NCBI RefSeq assembly: GCF_004010195.1
Contig: NC_057757.1
Location: forward strand, 6,790,142 to 6,854,141
Direction of reading: 5' to 3'
Length of the DNA stretch: 64,000 nucleotides
DNA from: Chiloscyllium plagiosum
Lineage: Eukaryota
In this document: piece after piece, positions 12,960-25,959 of the stretch
Position numbering within the stretch: the stretch's first letter is position 1
Layout of the letters: each line of letters opens with the position of its first letter
Notes under the pieces: generated by a model
Seen by the model: only the letters and a program-made list of their open reading frames with translations
Told to the model about the DNA's origin: nothing
Database searches by the model: none
Position numbers and translations under genes: made by a program

Positions 12960-13350
12960 GATGACAGAGGAAAGCAGCACCGATGATACCGTTGATATAA
13001 CGGAGGAAGAATTATGGGTAGGGGCCGGAACAGCAACGGAACAAGGAATGTTCCATAGACCCCACAAAGAGACAGAGTAACTGGGGCCATTCATATTCCC
13101 CTGGCAACCCGTCTGACCAGAAGAAAGTGAAAGGAGTCAAAGGAAAATTTGTTCAAGATGAGGATGTGCCCATCACAGGGATAAAACGGAGAGCTTTGCT
13201 GGTTACAGGATGTTCAGCCTCAGAGAGTGGAAGGTCAGGAGGGATAGTGAATAAATGACAGGGAGGTCCAGGTTGGGCTATGGGATGGAGTCAGAGGGAA
13301 GGAGAGGGGAGGACGATTCCGGAAGGCCATGGGATCTCGAAGTTGTTGCA
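12960..13350 (-). mobile_element. Penelope-like RT fragment
   Basis: Reverse complement resembles the RT core of the element at 10034 (LRYING, MEHSL, GPSYSV). Confidence 0.6.
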
Positions 13351-13685
13351 GCCGGTGTTCTTTAAGGTCTAAGAGGAAAAGGAAAGGAAGAAGTGTCTCG
13401 GGAGGTGACAGGTGACACTGCAATGTAAGTCTCTCTCTTCCTCTTTCCCATTGCCATGAGCGCTGTGTTCCAATCGTTTTCCTTATCTTCACCTTCATAC
13501 TGATCGGCTTCTTTGGCTTCACCTTCTTCCTGGAGCCGGGGACTTGGGGAAACAGCTTAGACCATATTGTGGCCACTTTCCGCAGAAACCCTTCTCTCCT
13601 GGACCAGGAATTCAAGCGGAACAGTACCGCACTCGAATATCTTCATGATGACTCTAGTGTGTGAGAGAGTGACAGTGATAGTGTT

Positions 13686-13716
<31 letters not shown>

Positions 13717-14104
13717 AAGGAGTTCACATCCCTACATCCCTGTAAACACCTCCAGTCCCTATACCCCCTCCTTATATCTGTAGCAATGTTATAAGAAAAC
13801 AATGGAATAAGAGGTGGGAGGACAGTTTAAACTAAGCCTCACGGTTCATAGTAAGTAGGTGTTTAGCAGCTGTTGTGGCTGTCCAGTGTTAAATTTACAA
13901 AAAATGTTGTGTGTCTTTTTTTAAAATCCCTGATTGTATTTAATGGGACAAGGGAGGTAAAAGATTGAGATGGAGAGAATCAGAGAGAGAGAGAGAGTGA
14001 GTGAGAGGGATTCCAGGAATCTGGCTTCACCTACTCAATCTAAATCAAACAAAGAAAGGGATAGTCACAATAAAGAGACAAGCGGCCATTCTGCTGTGAC
14101 TGTG

Positions 14105-15140
14105 GGGTTAGGGGCTGGAGGGGGCTACAGAGATACGGAGGGCTGAAGGGGCTGGAGGAGGTTACAGAGATTGGGAGGGAGTGTAGGTTCTGGAGGAGGT
14201 TACAGAGATAGGGATGTGGTGTAGGGACTGGAGGGGTTTATAGAGATAGGGAGAGGTGTAGGGGCCTANNNNNNNNNNNNNNNNNNNNNNNNNNNNNNNN
14301 NNNNNNNNNNNNNNNNNNNNNNNNNNNNNNNNNNNNNNNNNNNNNNNNNNNNNNNNNNNNNNNNNNNNNNNNNNNNNNNNNNNNNNNNNNNNNNNNNNNN
14401 NNNNNNNNNNNNNNNNNNNNNNNNNNNNNNNNNNNNNNNNNNNNNNNNNNNNNNNNNNNNNNNNNNNNNNNNNNNNNNNNNNNNNNNNNNNNNNNNNNNN
14501 NNNNNNNNNNNNNNNNNNNNNNNNNNNNNNNNNNNNNNNNNNNNNNNNNNNNNNNNNNNNNNNNNNNNNNNNNNNNNNNNNNNNNNNNNNNNNNNNNNNN
14601 NNNNNNNNNNNNNNNNNNNNNNNNNNNNNNNNNNNNNNNNNNNNNNNNNNNNNNNNNNNNNNNNNNNNNNNNNNNNNNNNNNNNNNNNNNNNNNNNNNNN
14701 NNNNNNNNNNNNNNNNNNNNNNNNNNNNNNNNNNNNNNNNNNNNNNNNNNNNNNNNNNNNNNNNNNNNNNNNNNNNNNNNNNNNNNNNNNNNNNNNNNNN
14801 NNNNNNNNNNNNNNNNNNNNNNNNNNNNNNNNNNNNNNNNNNNNNNNNNNNNNNNNNNNNNNACGTGAAATAATTAGAACCAGCGATCAGGAGGCCTATG
14901 TCAGAGACAGGCAGGTTATCATGGATAGTTGTAGGGTCTGGAGGAGGTTACAGAGATAGGGAAGGGTGTAGAGGATTGAGGAGGTTACAGAGATGGGGTG
15001 TAGGAATGAGAGGAGGTTATAGCTATAGGGAGGGGTGTAGGGGCTTGAGGAGATTACAGATATAGGGAGGGGTGTAAAGTTAGAGTAGCTGACAGTGATC
15101 GGACGAACTGGGAAATTGTTATAGCGATAGGGAGGTTTAC
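14105..15140. repeat. Degenerate ~37-bp purine-rich tandem repeat flanking the assembly gap at 14269-14862
   Basis: gaggaggttacagagatagggaggggtgtaggggctg-like units on both sides of the N run. Confidence 0.85.
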
Positions 15141-15459
15141 AGAGACTGGAAGTGGCTGCTGAGATGGAGAGTGGTAGGAGAGCTGGTGTAAGTTACTGGC
15201 ACAGGGTGAAAAGAGAAAGGAACCTCTTCCAGAAGGAGTCAAGTATTTCTCCAGATGGTGTAAGTTTAAACCCATTCTCTGAACATTGAACACACTGTTG
15301 TGTGTGGGAGCTTGTTGTGCTCCATGTGCTGCTTCTTTCGACATTACCAGATTGGTGACCCTTCAGCTGTTTGTCATTGAGTGAAAGCACTGACAAACAG
15401 GATAGAATGCAGAAATGACAGAGCAGGGACAATGGAAACAATGCAACACAGTCACAAAG

Positions 15460-16630
15460 TACAAAGAACATTACAGCACAGGAACAGGCTTTTCAGCCCT
15501 TCAAGTGTGCGCCGATCCAGATCCTCTGTCTAAACCTGTCACCTATTTTCTAAGGATCTGTAACGCTCTGCCCCTTGCCCCTTCATATATCTGTCTAGAT
15601 ACAACTTAAATGATTCTGTGGGCAGCACGGTGGCACAGTGGTTAGCACTGCTGCCTCACAGCGCCCTCCCACAGTCCAAAGATATGCAGGTTAGGGTGGA
15701 TTGGCCACGCTAAATTGCCTGTAGTGTTAGGTAAGGGGTAAATGTAGGGGTATGGGTGGTTGCGCTTCGGCGGGTCGGTGTGGACTTGTTGGGCCGAAGG
15801 GCCTGTTTCCACGCTGTAATGTAATCTAATCTAATCTAATTCTATCGTGCCCACCTCTACCTCCTCAACTCGCAATGCGTTCCAGGCAACCACTACCCTC
15901 TGCATAAAGAACTTTCCACGCATATCTCCCCTAAACATTTCCCCTCTCACTTTGAACTTGTGACCCTGAGTAATTGAGTCCCCCACACTGGGAAAAAGCT
16001 TCTTGCTATTCACCCTATCTGCACCTCTCAAGATTTTGTAGCCCTCAATCTCTTCAACCTCCGTTTTTCCAAAGAAAATAATCCTACTCGACTCAACATC
16101 TCTTCATAGCAAATGCCCTGCATGCCAAGGCAACATCCTGGTGAACCTCCTCTGCACCCTCTCCAAAGCATCCACATCCTTTTGGTAATGTGGCGACCAG
16201 AACGGTACACGGTGTTCCAAATGTGACCAAACCAAACTCTTATACAACTGTATAAGAGGCTTATACACCTGTTAGCCCTTGTACACAATACCCCGTCTGA
16301 TGAAGAAAAACTGTCCGAATGCCTTCTTGACCACTCTATTAACCTGTGTTGCCAACTTCAGGGAACAATGGATCTGAACACCCAGGTCTCTCTGGATATC
16401 AATTTTCCCCAGGACATTTCCATTTACTGTATAGTCCACTAATGAATTGGATATTCCAAAATGCATCACCTTGTATTTGCCTGGATTGAATTCCACCTGC
16501 CATTTCTCAGCCCAACTCTCCAATATATCTTTATTCTGCTGCATTCTCTGACAGTTCCATTCACTATCTGCTACTCCACAAACTTGCTAATCAGACCACA
16601 TATACCTTCCTCCAAATCATTTATGTATCA
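15460..16630 (-). mobile_element. CR1 LINE 3' portion with a nested plus-strand HE1-like SINE (~15620-15840)
   Basis: WAEKWQVEFNPGKYKVMHFG, QRDLGVQIH, GHKFKVRGEMF...FFMQRVV; SINE head and (ctaat)n tail. Confidence 0.9.
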
Positions 16631-17154
16631 CCTCTTAGAAGATTTCTCTTACACTCAGCCAGTTCTCTCCATTCCCTCCAACAGAAAGGATGAAGCTTCT
16701 GGTGATGAGCTGATCTTTCTAGCTACAAGCCACTTTGCCAGAGAAGGGATTCAGGGCAGTGGTCATGCATTGGAAGGTTCAGGTTCAAGACCCTTTTGCA
16801 ATGGAGCAGAACATGTCCAAAAAGCATGTTTATTTCTTAAAGACAATAATTAAAATGGAGTTTGATCACCAAGTGTGGCTGGCTTGGTTTGCAGCTTAAA
16901 CACATGAAGGAACACCAAGAGCACAGCTGTAAATCTAAGTTCATTACCTCCGTCATGTGGAAACATTGGTGCTTTTGCTGACTTCAAGTCTTGTCCGTTG
17001 AGATTTTCTGCTAATCTGTTTCTATAGTTACCGTAAGTAAGACAGAAGCAGCTTAATTGCCCGTCGAGGGAGTTCCTGCTGTAATATATATCCAAAGTGG
17101 TGCTGGTGAGTGCACTGAGCTTGGCACAGCCAGACACTGTGACGTTTTGTGAGC

Positions 17155-17224
17155 ATGTATGAATATTTCGTCGACTACATCTATGCTTTTTATTACCCAC
17201 TCCTCGCAGCTGTTGGGGTTCCTG
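17155..17224 (+). CDS. GPR139-like class A GPCR, gene B, exon 1
   Basis: ATG at 17155 gives MYEYFVDYIYAFYYPLLAAVGVP+G (70 nt), then donor gtaagt at 17225. Shares the (Y)YPxLAAxGxP motif and phase with the other four loci. Confidence 0.88.
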
Positions 17225-18423
17225 GTAAGTCTGGGTTGGAATTAGTTTGAGACAGAGTTATTGTTTCGAATCCAAGTCCTGCTGAATCTCTCCGGGAGTT
17301 CTGTTCCTAGCTTCAGCTTTCCAGCAGGGCAGGGGTTCTGCTTTTATTTTGCAGCTCGTTCAATATTGTTTGATAATGATTACATTTGTTGGTTAAAAAC
17401 GTCATGGTTTGTTGAAGCTTTTCACCTTGCGCTCATCAGGACCATTTGCAAGAATACCAATTTAGCGCAAAGCCACCATGTACACTTTACAAGAACATGC
17501 AGTATAAATTTTGGTATTCCCCTTGAATTGGCATTCTTGCCAATGGACTTGATGACAAGACAAGAACCTCGAAGAAGCTGAATTCTTTTTCAGCAAGTCA
17601 TAGATTTGGCATGATCAAATGACAATAAAAATATCAAACATTTAAAATTCTAACAGGATGTGGCAGGGTAAACACAGGAAAGATGTCGTTGATGGCCGGG
17701 CAGCCCAGACCCAGGGCGGTCAGCCTAATAACATAGGGGTTAGACAAAAAGAAATTGATTCACCCAGGGAGTAGTAAGCCCATTCAATTCTCTGCCACAG
17801 AAAGTATTTGAGCCCAAAATATTGGGATGTTTTGAAGAAGGAGTTGTATATTGTTCTTATATGGAGAGGGGTCAAAAGTAGTGGGGAGAAAGCAGGAGCA
17901 GGGTGCTGAGTTGGATGATCAGCCATGATCATACTAAGTAATGGGGCAGACTTGAAGTACTGAATGTCCAACTGCTGTTCCTATTCAAAACAACAAATGT
18001 AACTCATCTCTTCAAGAAAAGAAGGGACAGGAAGCTAGGAATTACAGGCCAGCGGATGGAACACCCGTCAGAGCAGAAATGCTACAACCTATTATTCAGG
18101 AGCTTTGCAAGGTAAGGGAGTAAAATTTTCAATCCACCAGCCAGAGTTAACCTGGTTTTGTGAAAGGGGGAAATATGTTTAAATCATCTATCAGAGTTCT
18201 TTGTCTATGCTGCCCTGTCCTTCTGGATAGTAATGGTTGTGGATCTGGAAGGTACTGTTGAAGAATCTTTGGTGAATTTCTGTAGTGCCCTTTATAATTG
18301 ATACAAACCGCTGTGACTGGGTGTTGGTTCTGGAGGGAGCGAATGCCTGTGGATACTTGCAACAATACAAAGTTCAGCCTAATGGCAATCCAGCAGCTGC
18401 TTGGTCACTTTTCAGTGTCAGTA

Positions 18424-18765
18424 TGGGTAGCACAGTGGCTCAGTGGTTAGCACTGCTGCCTCAGAGCGCCAGGGACCGGGGTTCAATTCCAGCCTTGGGT
18501 AACTGTCTGTGTGGAGTTTGCACGTTCTCCCCGAATCTGAATGGGTTTACTCTGAGTGCTGTGGTTCCCTCTCACAGTCCAAAGATGTGCAGGTTAAGTG
18601 GATTGGCCGTGCTAAATTGCCTCACCGCATCTAGGAATGTGCAGACTAGGTGGATTGGCCATGGTAAATACAGGATAGGGTTGGGTGTGAGTGGGATACT
18701 GTTTGGAGGGTAGGTTTGGACCTGATGAGCTGAATGGCCTGCTTCCATGGTGTTATGATGCTATG
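18424..18765 (+). mobile_element. HE1-like SINE
   Basis: tRNA-derived head (agcacagtggctcagtggttagcactgctgcctc...gggttcaattcc) and core tgtggagtttgcacgttctccc. Confidence 0.88.
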
Positions 18766-19279
18766 CAGATCTTTTTGTTCGAGATTATGTGACTTTTGTC
18801 TGTGAAAGGCAACCCGTGAGATTATTAGGTAACTCTCAATTCATCCAAGCTGAATGTACTTCGAAGCAAATGGAGGAACCGTCCGATTTTGTGTCATAAC
18901 TTTTCTCCTCATTTAAACAAGGACCCTCCAACTTACTGCTGGGATCTTCTACTTCTCATTCTATAACCCTGTGCAAAAATGCCTGCTGAGGGGAATGAGT
19001 GAGCAACAAGAAACCCATTTTCTCACCCAGTTTTCACAACGCTAGATTTATGACTTCTTGTGGCCATCCATAGGTTTTAAAAATAGTCATGCATAACCCC
19101 TCCAGGAAAGTTCTGCTGAGATAGAGTTGGCTTTATCTGATTGGCTGGTTTGAATTGAATGTGCAAAATCAGGAATGAAAGAGAAGTTGAAGTAGGAAAA
19201 GATCCACTAAAAGTCAAAGATGCTATAGATGATGCTGTACTTGCCATTTTGATAACAATCTTTTCTTTGCTCCTTGCAG

Positions 19280-20169
19280 TGAACTTGGTGACGATCTGGA
19301 TTCTATGTCAGGGAAGGTGCGGTCTCTCCAAATGCATCACTCTGTACTTGGTGGCCATGGCAGTGGCAGATCTGTTGGTGGCGATTACTGAAGTGATACT
19401 GAATCGCTCTGTTTCCTTTTATTTCCCAAACAATATCCTGAAAACGACCCCAGGGTGCAGCACTCTCATTGTCCTGATCTGTGCGGTGAGGGATACTTCT
19501 GTCTGGTTAACAGTGGCTTTCACTCTCGATCGATTCATAGCAATTTGTTGCCAGAAACTGAAAGTAAGATATTGTGTCCCGAGGACGGCAGCTGTGGTAA
19601 TTGTGGTTGTGACTCCTCTGTTTTTTCTGAAGAACATCCCCTGGTTTTTCAGTTTTGAACCTGTCTACGTCATTGACGATATACCGTGGCAGTGCCAGTC
19701 CAAACCCATATTTTACACATCGCCTGCCTGGGTGGCATACGATTGGCTCCATCGGATCTTAAACCCATTCTTACCTTTTTTCTTTATTCTGCTATTCAAC
19801 GCTCTGACAGTCAGACACATTTTACAGGCCAACAGAGTACGGAAAGGATTGTTGTCCAAGCAAGGAGGGGATCAGGTGGATCCGGAAACAGAGAACCGAA
19901 GGAAGTCCATGATTTTACTCTTTGCCATATCGGGCAGCTTCATCGCTCTGTGGATGCCCTATGTCATTAATTTCCTTCATTATCGAATCGCAAAGACGTA
20001 TTATTACACTGATGCAAATGCCCCTGGCTACATTCTACAGCAGATGGGTTACCTGTTCCAATTGTCCAGCTGCTGTGTAAACACTTGCATTTATGTTGTA
20101 ACTCAGGCCAAATTCAGAGAGGAACTGAAGAGAATGTTCAGAACTCCGTGTCAGCTCTGTGTTAAGTAA
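19280..20169 (+). CDS. GPR139-like class A GPCR, gene B, exon 2 (spliced CDS 960 nt, 319 aa, intact)
   Basis: Acceptor ttgctccttgcag|tg with matching phase 1. 7TM motifs: GVPVN (TM1), YLVAMAVADL (TM2), SVWLTVAFTLDRFIAICC (TM3), KNIPW, ECL2 Cys, ENRRKS, LWMPY (TM6), SCCVNTCIY (TM7), FREELK (helix 8). Confidence 0.95.
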
Positions 20170-20299
20170 CCTGAGTAAATTACAAGAGCCAGTTGAGAAC
20201 TAACTGGTTTGTGAAAAGTGGTACACAGTCGGAAAACAAATAACATTTTGTAACTAGAGAGTCTATTTATCAGGCATTGACACTGGCGCTGTTAGACCC

Positions 20300-22980
20300 A
20301 TCATCATAGAGACGTAGGCGTCTACAGCACAGAAAAAGACTTCAAATCAGCCCATCCCATAAGCGTCTATACCTTATGCAGTGACTGCGTGGAAATAATG
20401 TTCTCTTGTGTGGAACTGAGTTTCCTTCCCTTGTCCTGAAATCAGGCACTCTGGTTTTCCATTCCTCCGCTGCAGGGGACAATATTTCTCCTAACTCTTC
20501 TCCCTTGTCCCTAAACCCGCTTGAATTCGGAACACCTTGATCAAATCTCCTTTCAGACCTCTCCACTCCCAGGAAAATAGCTCCATCTTCTCCAATCTAT
20601 CCAGGGACCAATTTTCGCCACACACTCTGAAATCACTTTATATTGTTTCCGAGATGTTTCGCCCTGATTGAGACACAATACTGCAGTTAAGGTGGTTTTT
20701 GATACAAGTTCATCGTAAGGTCCTTGCTTTCTGTTCCCTACGCACTTAACGTCAAAGCACATGATGCTGCAAACTTTATTCACTGCTTTCCTAACATGCC
20801 ATGCCACCTTCAAAGATCTGTGCTCAAATCCCCAAAGTTCTCACACTTATCTTGGAATTGGACCCGTTTATTTTTATCGCCTCTCCTCATACCTGCTGCC
20901 AAAATGGATTAATTCACCCTTCTCAGCATTGACGTTTGTGTCCATGCAGTCTGCCTTTGTCCTTTGGGCGGTTAACACTCCCACCATCAACACTTTACAA
21001 TACTCTGAAAGAATCATCTTGTCCACAAAAGTTGAAACTGTGTCTCGTACATTCAGATCTGTGTCACTGATACTCATCAGGAAAGCCACAGGTCTTGGAA
21101 GAGAGCCCTGGCTCTCCCCATTATATACACACATAGGGGAAGGCAGCAGATGGGTTAGGAGCAGGAGTAGGCCATTCATCTCCTTGAGTCTGTTCTGCCA
21201 CTTCATGGGATCATCCAATAGGAACCTTAACACCACATTCCCATCCAATCCCCAATAAACCGAACACCCACCCCTTGTTTATCAAGATCTATTCAACTCT
21301 GCTTAAAAATATTCCAAAACTCTACTTCCAAAACATTGAATGCATTCAAGAAGGTGTTAAATAGAGTGCTTAGAGTATAGGGAAGAAAGTGGGAATAGGG
21401 GACTGAATTGGATGATCAGCCATGATTGTATGGGATAGCAGAGCAGGATCGAAGGGCCGATTAGCCTACTCCTCTTGCTATATTCCAGGTTTCTACGTTT
21501 CGACAACGTTTTGAGGAAGACAGTTTCAAAAGCAAACACTCGCACTGAGAGAAAAACAAACCCCTTATCTCTATGTTCAAGGGTCAACCATTCAGTTTGA
21601 AACACTGACCCCCACCCCACCCCCCACTCCCCAAAGTTCTGAATTCTTCAACAGGAAGAAATACCCTCTCCACATCCACCCTGAATCCACCTGAACTTTA
21701 TGTGTTTCAATCATGTTGCCTCGGATTGTTCTGAACCTCAGTAGACACTGACCCTGATTGCCCGACATTTTCTCTGATGACATCAGGGTCAGAAGGTTTC
21801 AAGGGGATGTGAGCAAAACATGAGGGTGGCGGGAATCTCAAAATCGCTGCCTGTGAGACACAGAGAGGCAGAAACCCCCATCAGTATTGAGGGGTGCACT
21901 TGTGATGCCAAACCATACAAGGCTATCGGCCAGGTATTGGGAACGGGATGAGAATAGGAATTAGAATGGTGGTTGTCTTTCACTGGCAGGGATGTGAGGG
22001 GCCAAAGGGCCTCTTTCTGAGCTGTAGATCTCTATGACTCTACTCCAGTCTCCTGTATAACTGAAGTGTAACCTCCCTACTTTTGTATTGAGTTCCCTAA
22101 ACAATAATATTCCATGATTCTCCATGACTACTTGTGGAGCTGCAATACTAAGCTTCCGTAATTCATGCACTCGTACACCTAGATCCCTCTGCACCTCAGA
22201 GCTCTGCTTCATCTAACCACAGAAGCACTACGCTGCATTCTCTATGCTTCCTGTCAAAGGGGACAAGTTCACATTTCTTCCCTTTTGCTTGTTTACATTT
22301 ACAGCCTCCCCAAGTCCTCGTCAACCGACCTTCCTGCCTGTCTTTATATTTTCAGCAAATCTAGTCACTAAACCTTCCGCCTTTCCATCTGAGTCATTTG
22401 TATAAATGAGGAAGTTGTCCTGCCAGCAGCATACCACTTGTTATATCTTTTCAATCAAACAAAGACCCATTCCTACTGTTTCTGTTGGCCAGCCAACCAT
22501 CTATCCTTGCTCATATGTTATACCTGCACCATGAGTCTTTACTTCCTTTAGTAAACCTCGATTGTGGCAGATTATTGAAACATATTCTTGAGATTGCAGG
22601 ACCGTACAACTAACAATTCCCCAACATCGACAGCACACATTCGTTCTTCAAAAGAAATTCAGTCATTTGACTATATATGCTTTCCTATTCCACAAACCAT
22701 GTTCACTCTGCCTGACTACCTGGGATGTTTCAGAATGCTTTGCTGTTGCATTTTTCATGGTAGCTTTCACCGGTTTTTGGATGACAGGTGATTATCTCCT
22801 TTAGCTTTCTGCTTTCCATCTCTCTCTCCCTTCTTGAATAAAGGAAACCGGAGCACCCAGAGGAAACCCACACAGACACGGAGAGGATGTGCAAACTCCA
22901 CACAGATTGGTAACTGTTGCAGGCAGAATGAAACCCGGGTCCCTGACACTGTGAGGTGCCAATGGTGACCAGGAGTACAA
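20300..22980. mobile_element. Stack of old CR1 LINE fragments plus a minus-strand HE1-like SINE piece (~22845-22975)
   Basis: Degraded CR1 peptides (QRDLGVRVHE, ELIHFG); SINE core cacacagacacggagaggatgtgcaaactccacacaga. Confidence 0.7.
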
Positions 22981-24366
22981 TGAGAATTCTACAGTGTGAA
23001 ATGTCCCTGTAGAAATATGGGAAAATGCAAGGGAATGCATTTTGGCAGGAAAGTAGAGTTGTGGTTCAAATCAGATCAGCCACGATCTCACTGAAAGGTA
23101 GAGTAGGCTTGTTCCTTGTGTGAATGTTGGGATAAATAGACCTCTGATCCCATTCATTACCTAATAACAGCTCGACATTCAACCGGAATGACTCTCCATT
23201 CCTTCAGGAAACTTCAAACCAATGGAATCGCATAGAGTCCAACGTGGCCATGACATTGTTGAACTTTACTGATGAATAACATCCACTAAAAGATGGATAG
23301 GTAATTAAACACAGGCTGGAATTTGCTTTTGGAAATGGACAGGAGGGATATGGAGAATGAACGTTATGAAAGATTGTTGGCAGAAAATGTACAAGTTGAG
23401 AGTGCTTCATTTCTTGCTTGTTTGACAGACTGAGCAATCTGCAAGAGGAAGGAGTTATTTTGGCTGAACCATGCAGTTCTTCTTCACCTGTGCACAGTGA
23501 ACTCAAGTAGACGGTTCGAGATGCTGAAGGAGCAGCCATTTACAGTACTACACGGGTCGCAACTGGATAACCGTTTGGAATTTGCTTTTTCTTGTCAGTT
23601 CCCAAATTTTAAACAAGAAAAACTTGAAAGGAATTACATTTGCCATCTCTATGTAATCATGAATTCACCTTAAACTTTTACAATACTGAATAGCATCTTT
23701 CCGATTCCAACTTTCAGAGATGGCCCTCAGTGAGCTCCTCCACCATTCCCTCCATTTCACTGGTGCCTTGCTACCCTCATTCCCCAATCAAATGACTTGA
23801 ACTCAGACATGCGGATCTTTAACAGCGATAAAGCACAGTTAGAAAGTTTATTTCATTTCTGTCTCTGAGTACAGCCTTCATTCAGTGCTACACAGTCAGG
23901 GCTTCAAGGCTCCAACATGAGACATAACCTGTTTCTGGTGAGTGTCTTCATTCAGTGAGAAGGAGCAGTGTGGGCCAGTGGGACCTCATCATTGTATTTG
24001 GGATTTTCTGCTCAGTCTGCAGCATTCCAGCCCATGGTGGCAGTGCAATGGGAAAGTCTCCTCTTGTGGATTACAATAGTCCTTTCAACACACAGTTCCA
24101 GGCCAGTTACAGAACTCCGAGAATTCGGAGTTAGACCCTGATAATTCATTGATTAAAGGAGGAGGAACAAGAAAACAGTTTCAAGCTGATGAGGTCATCA
24201 ACGTCTCTGTGCCTCACTCTGCAGCACGTTTTATTTTCTGTTTCATAAAACCACAAACTGCAGCTCAACCCAGTCCTCCTGCCCCACCATACAAACTGGA
24301 GATTTGGACACCTTTCTCAATAGTACAGGCGTACATTCCAGAGACTACAGGCAGGTCAGGTTAACA

Positions 24367-25555
24367 TTGATGACTGCATTGGCGCCACTCGTGCTCCCGC
24401 GAGGAGGTTGAGCAATTCATCAACTTCACCAACACATTCCACCCTGACCTTAAATTTACCTGGACCATCTCTGATACCTCCCTCCCCTTCCTGGACCTCT
24501 CCATCTCCATTAATGACGACCGAGTGGACACTGACATTTTTTACAAACCCACCGACTCCCACAGCTACCTGGATTACACCTCTTCCCACCCTACCTCCTG
24601 CAAAAATGCCACCCCATATTCCCAATTCCTCCGCCTTCACTGTATCTGCTCCCAGGAGGACCAGTTCCACACAGAAAACACCAGATGGCCTCCTTCTTTA
24701 GAGACCACAATTTCCCTTCCCACGTGGTTAAAGATGCCCTCCAACGCATCCCATCCACATCCCCCACCTCCACATTCAGACCCAACCCCTCCAACCGCAA
24801 CAAGGACAGAACACCCCTGGTGCTCACCTTCCACCCTACCAACCTTCGCACAAACCAAATCATCCGCCGACATTTCCACCACCTCCAAACAGACCCCACC
24901 ACCAGGGATATATTTCCCTCCCCACCCCTCTCAGCCTTCCGCAAAGAGCGTTCCCTCCGTGACTACCTGGTCAGGTCCACGCCCCCCCTACGACCCACCC
25001 TCCCATCCTGGAACTTTCCCCTGCTATCGCAGGAACTGTAAAACCTGTGCCCACACCTCCATCCAAGGCCCTAAAGGAGCCTTCCACATCCATCAAAGTT
25101 TTACCTGCAAATCCACTAATATCATTTATTGTATCCGTTGCTCCCGATGCGGCCTCCTCTACATTGGGGAAATTGGGCGCCGCCTAGCAGAGCGCTTTAG
25201 GGAACATCTCCGAGACACCCGCACCAACCAACCAAACCGCCCNNNNNNNNNNNNNNNNNNNNNNNNNNNNNNNNNNNNNNNNNNNNNNNNNNNNNNNNNN
25301 NNNNNNNNNNNNNNNNNNNNNNNNNNNNNNNNNNNNNNNNNNNNNNNNNNNNNNNNNNNNNNNNNNNNCACCCCCACCCTCCCCTAGTTTATCTCTCCAC
25401 GTTTCAGGCTCTCTGCCTTTATTCCTGATGAAGGGCTTTTGCCCGAAACGTCGATTTTGCTGAAGCTCCTCGGATGCTGCCTGAACTGCTGTGCTCTTCC
25501 AGCACCATTGATCCAGAATCTGGTTTCCAGCATCTGCAGTCATTGTTTTTACCTC
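24367..25555 (+). mobile_element. Young 5'-truncated Penelope-like element with a 13-bp TSD
   Basis: TSD ggtcaggttaaca at 24354-24366 and 25556-25568; GIY-YIG NIIYCIRCSRCGLLYIGEIGRRLAERFREHL; contains the gap at 25243-25368. Confidence 0.93.
25421..25456 (+). ncRNA. Minimal type I hammerhead ribozyme motif in a Penelope-like pLTR
   Basis: attc-CUGAUGA-a-GGGC uuuu GCCC-GAAA-CGUC-gauu: conserved core boxes, 4-bp stem II, palindromic ACGU in place of stem III, GUC cleavage triplet. Confidence 0.75.
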
Positions 25556-25959
25556 GGTCAGGTTAACACCAGGGCTGTGTACACTTGGAATAACCTGGAG
25601 CAGATCAACACAAATCCAATTGGGAACGGTGGGTCTGTTTAAGGAGAGTCAGTGTGGATTTCAAACTAACCAAATGTCACTGTGCCTGATGAAATAAAAT
25701 GAAATATTGATGAAGGGATGGTTGTCCCCATTGTTTTACAAATTATTACCTGAGAGGGTGGTTAAAAACTGAAGTTATTGTAATAAATGGCAGAAGGTCA
25801 CCATGCATGTATTCGGACAGAAACGTGTTGTGATCATACATCACTGCAACTGGTGAACAGCAGAGTGAAGCCATGTTGTTTTTATTGCAATGTTCAGTGT
25901 TGTATTCTTGTATTTTTTCTATGTACAAATGAGATAGACGTTCAAATATCCAGAAAAAA

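Noticed and set aside
19159..19279. N-terminus of the 336-aa ORF as a single-exon gene
   Set aside because: Intron sequence that is open by chance. A canonical acceptor at 19279 and a family-typical exon 1 at 17155 explain the gene better.
19280..20169. Canonical olfactory receptor, TAAR or V1R
   Set aside because: Lacks the OR motifs LHTPMY, MAYDRYVAIC and KAFSTC and has a TM1 intron. The motifs fit GPR139/GPR142-like receptors better.
24524..25387. 287-aa ORF as a host gene
   Set aside because: Frameshifted Penelope-like fragment running into an N gap; the same applies to the ORFs spanning 44316-44766.
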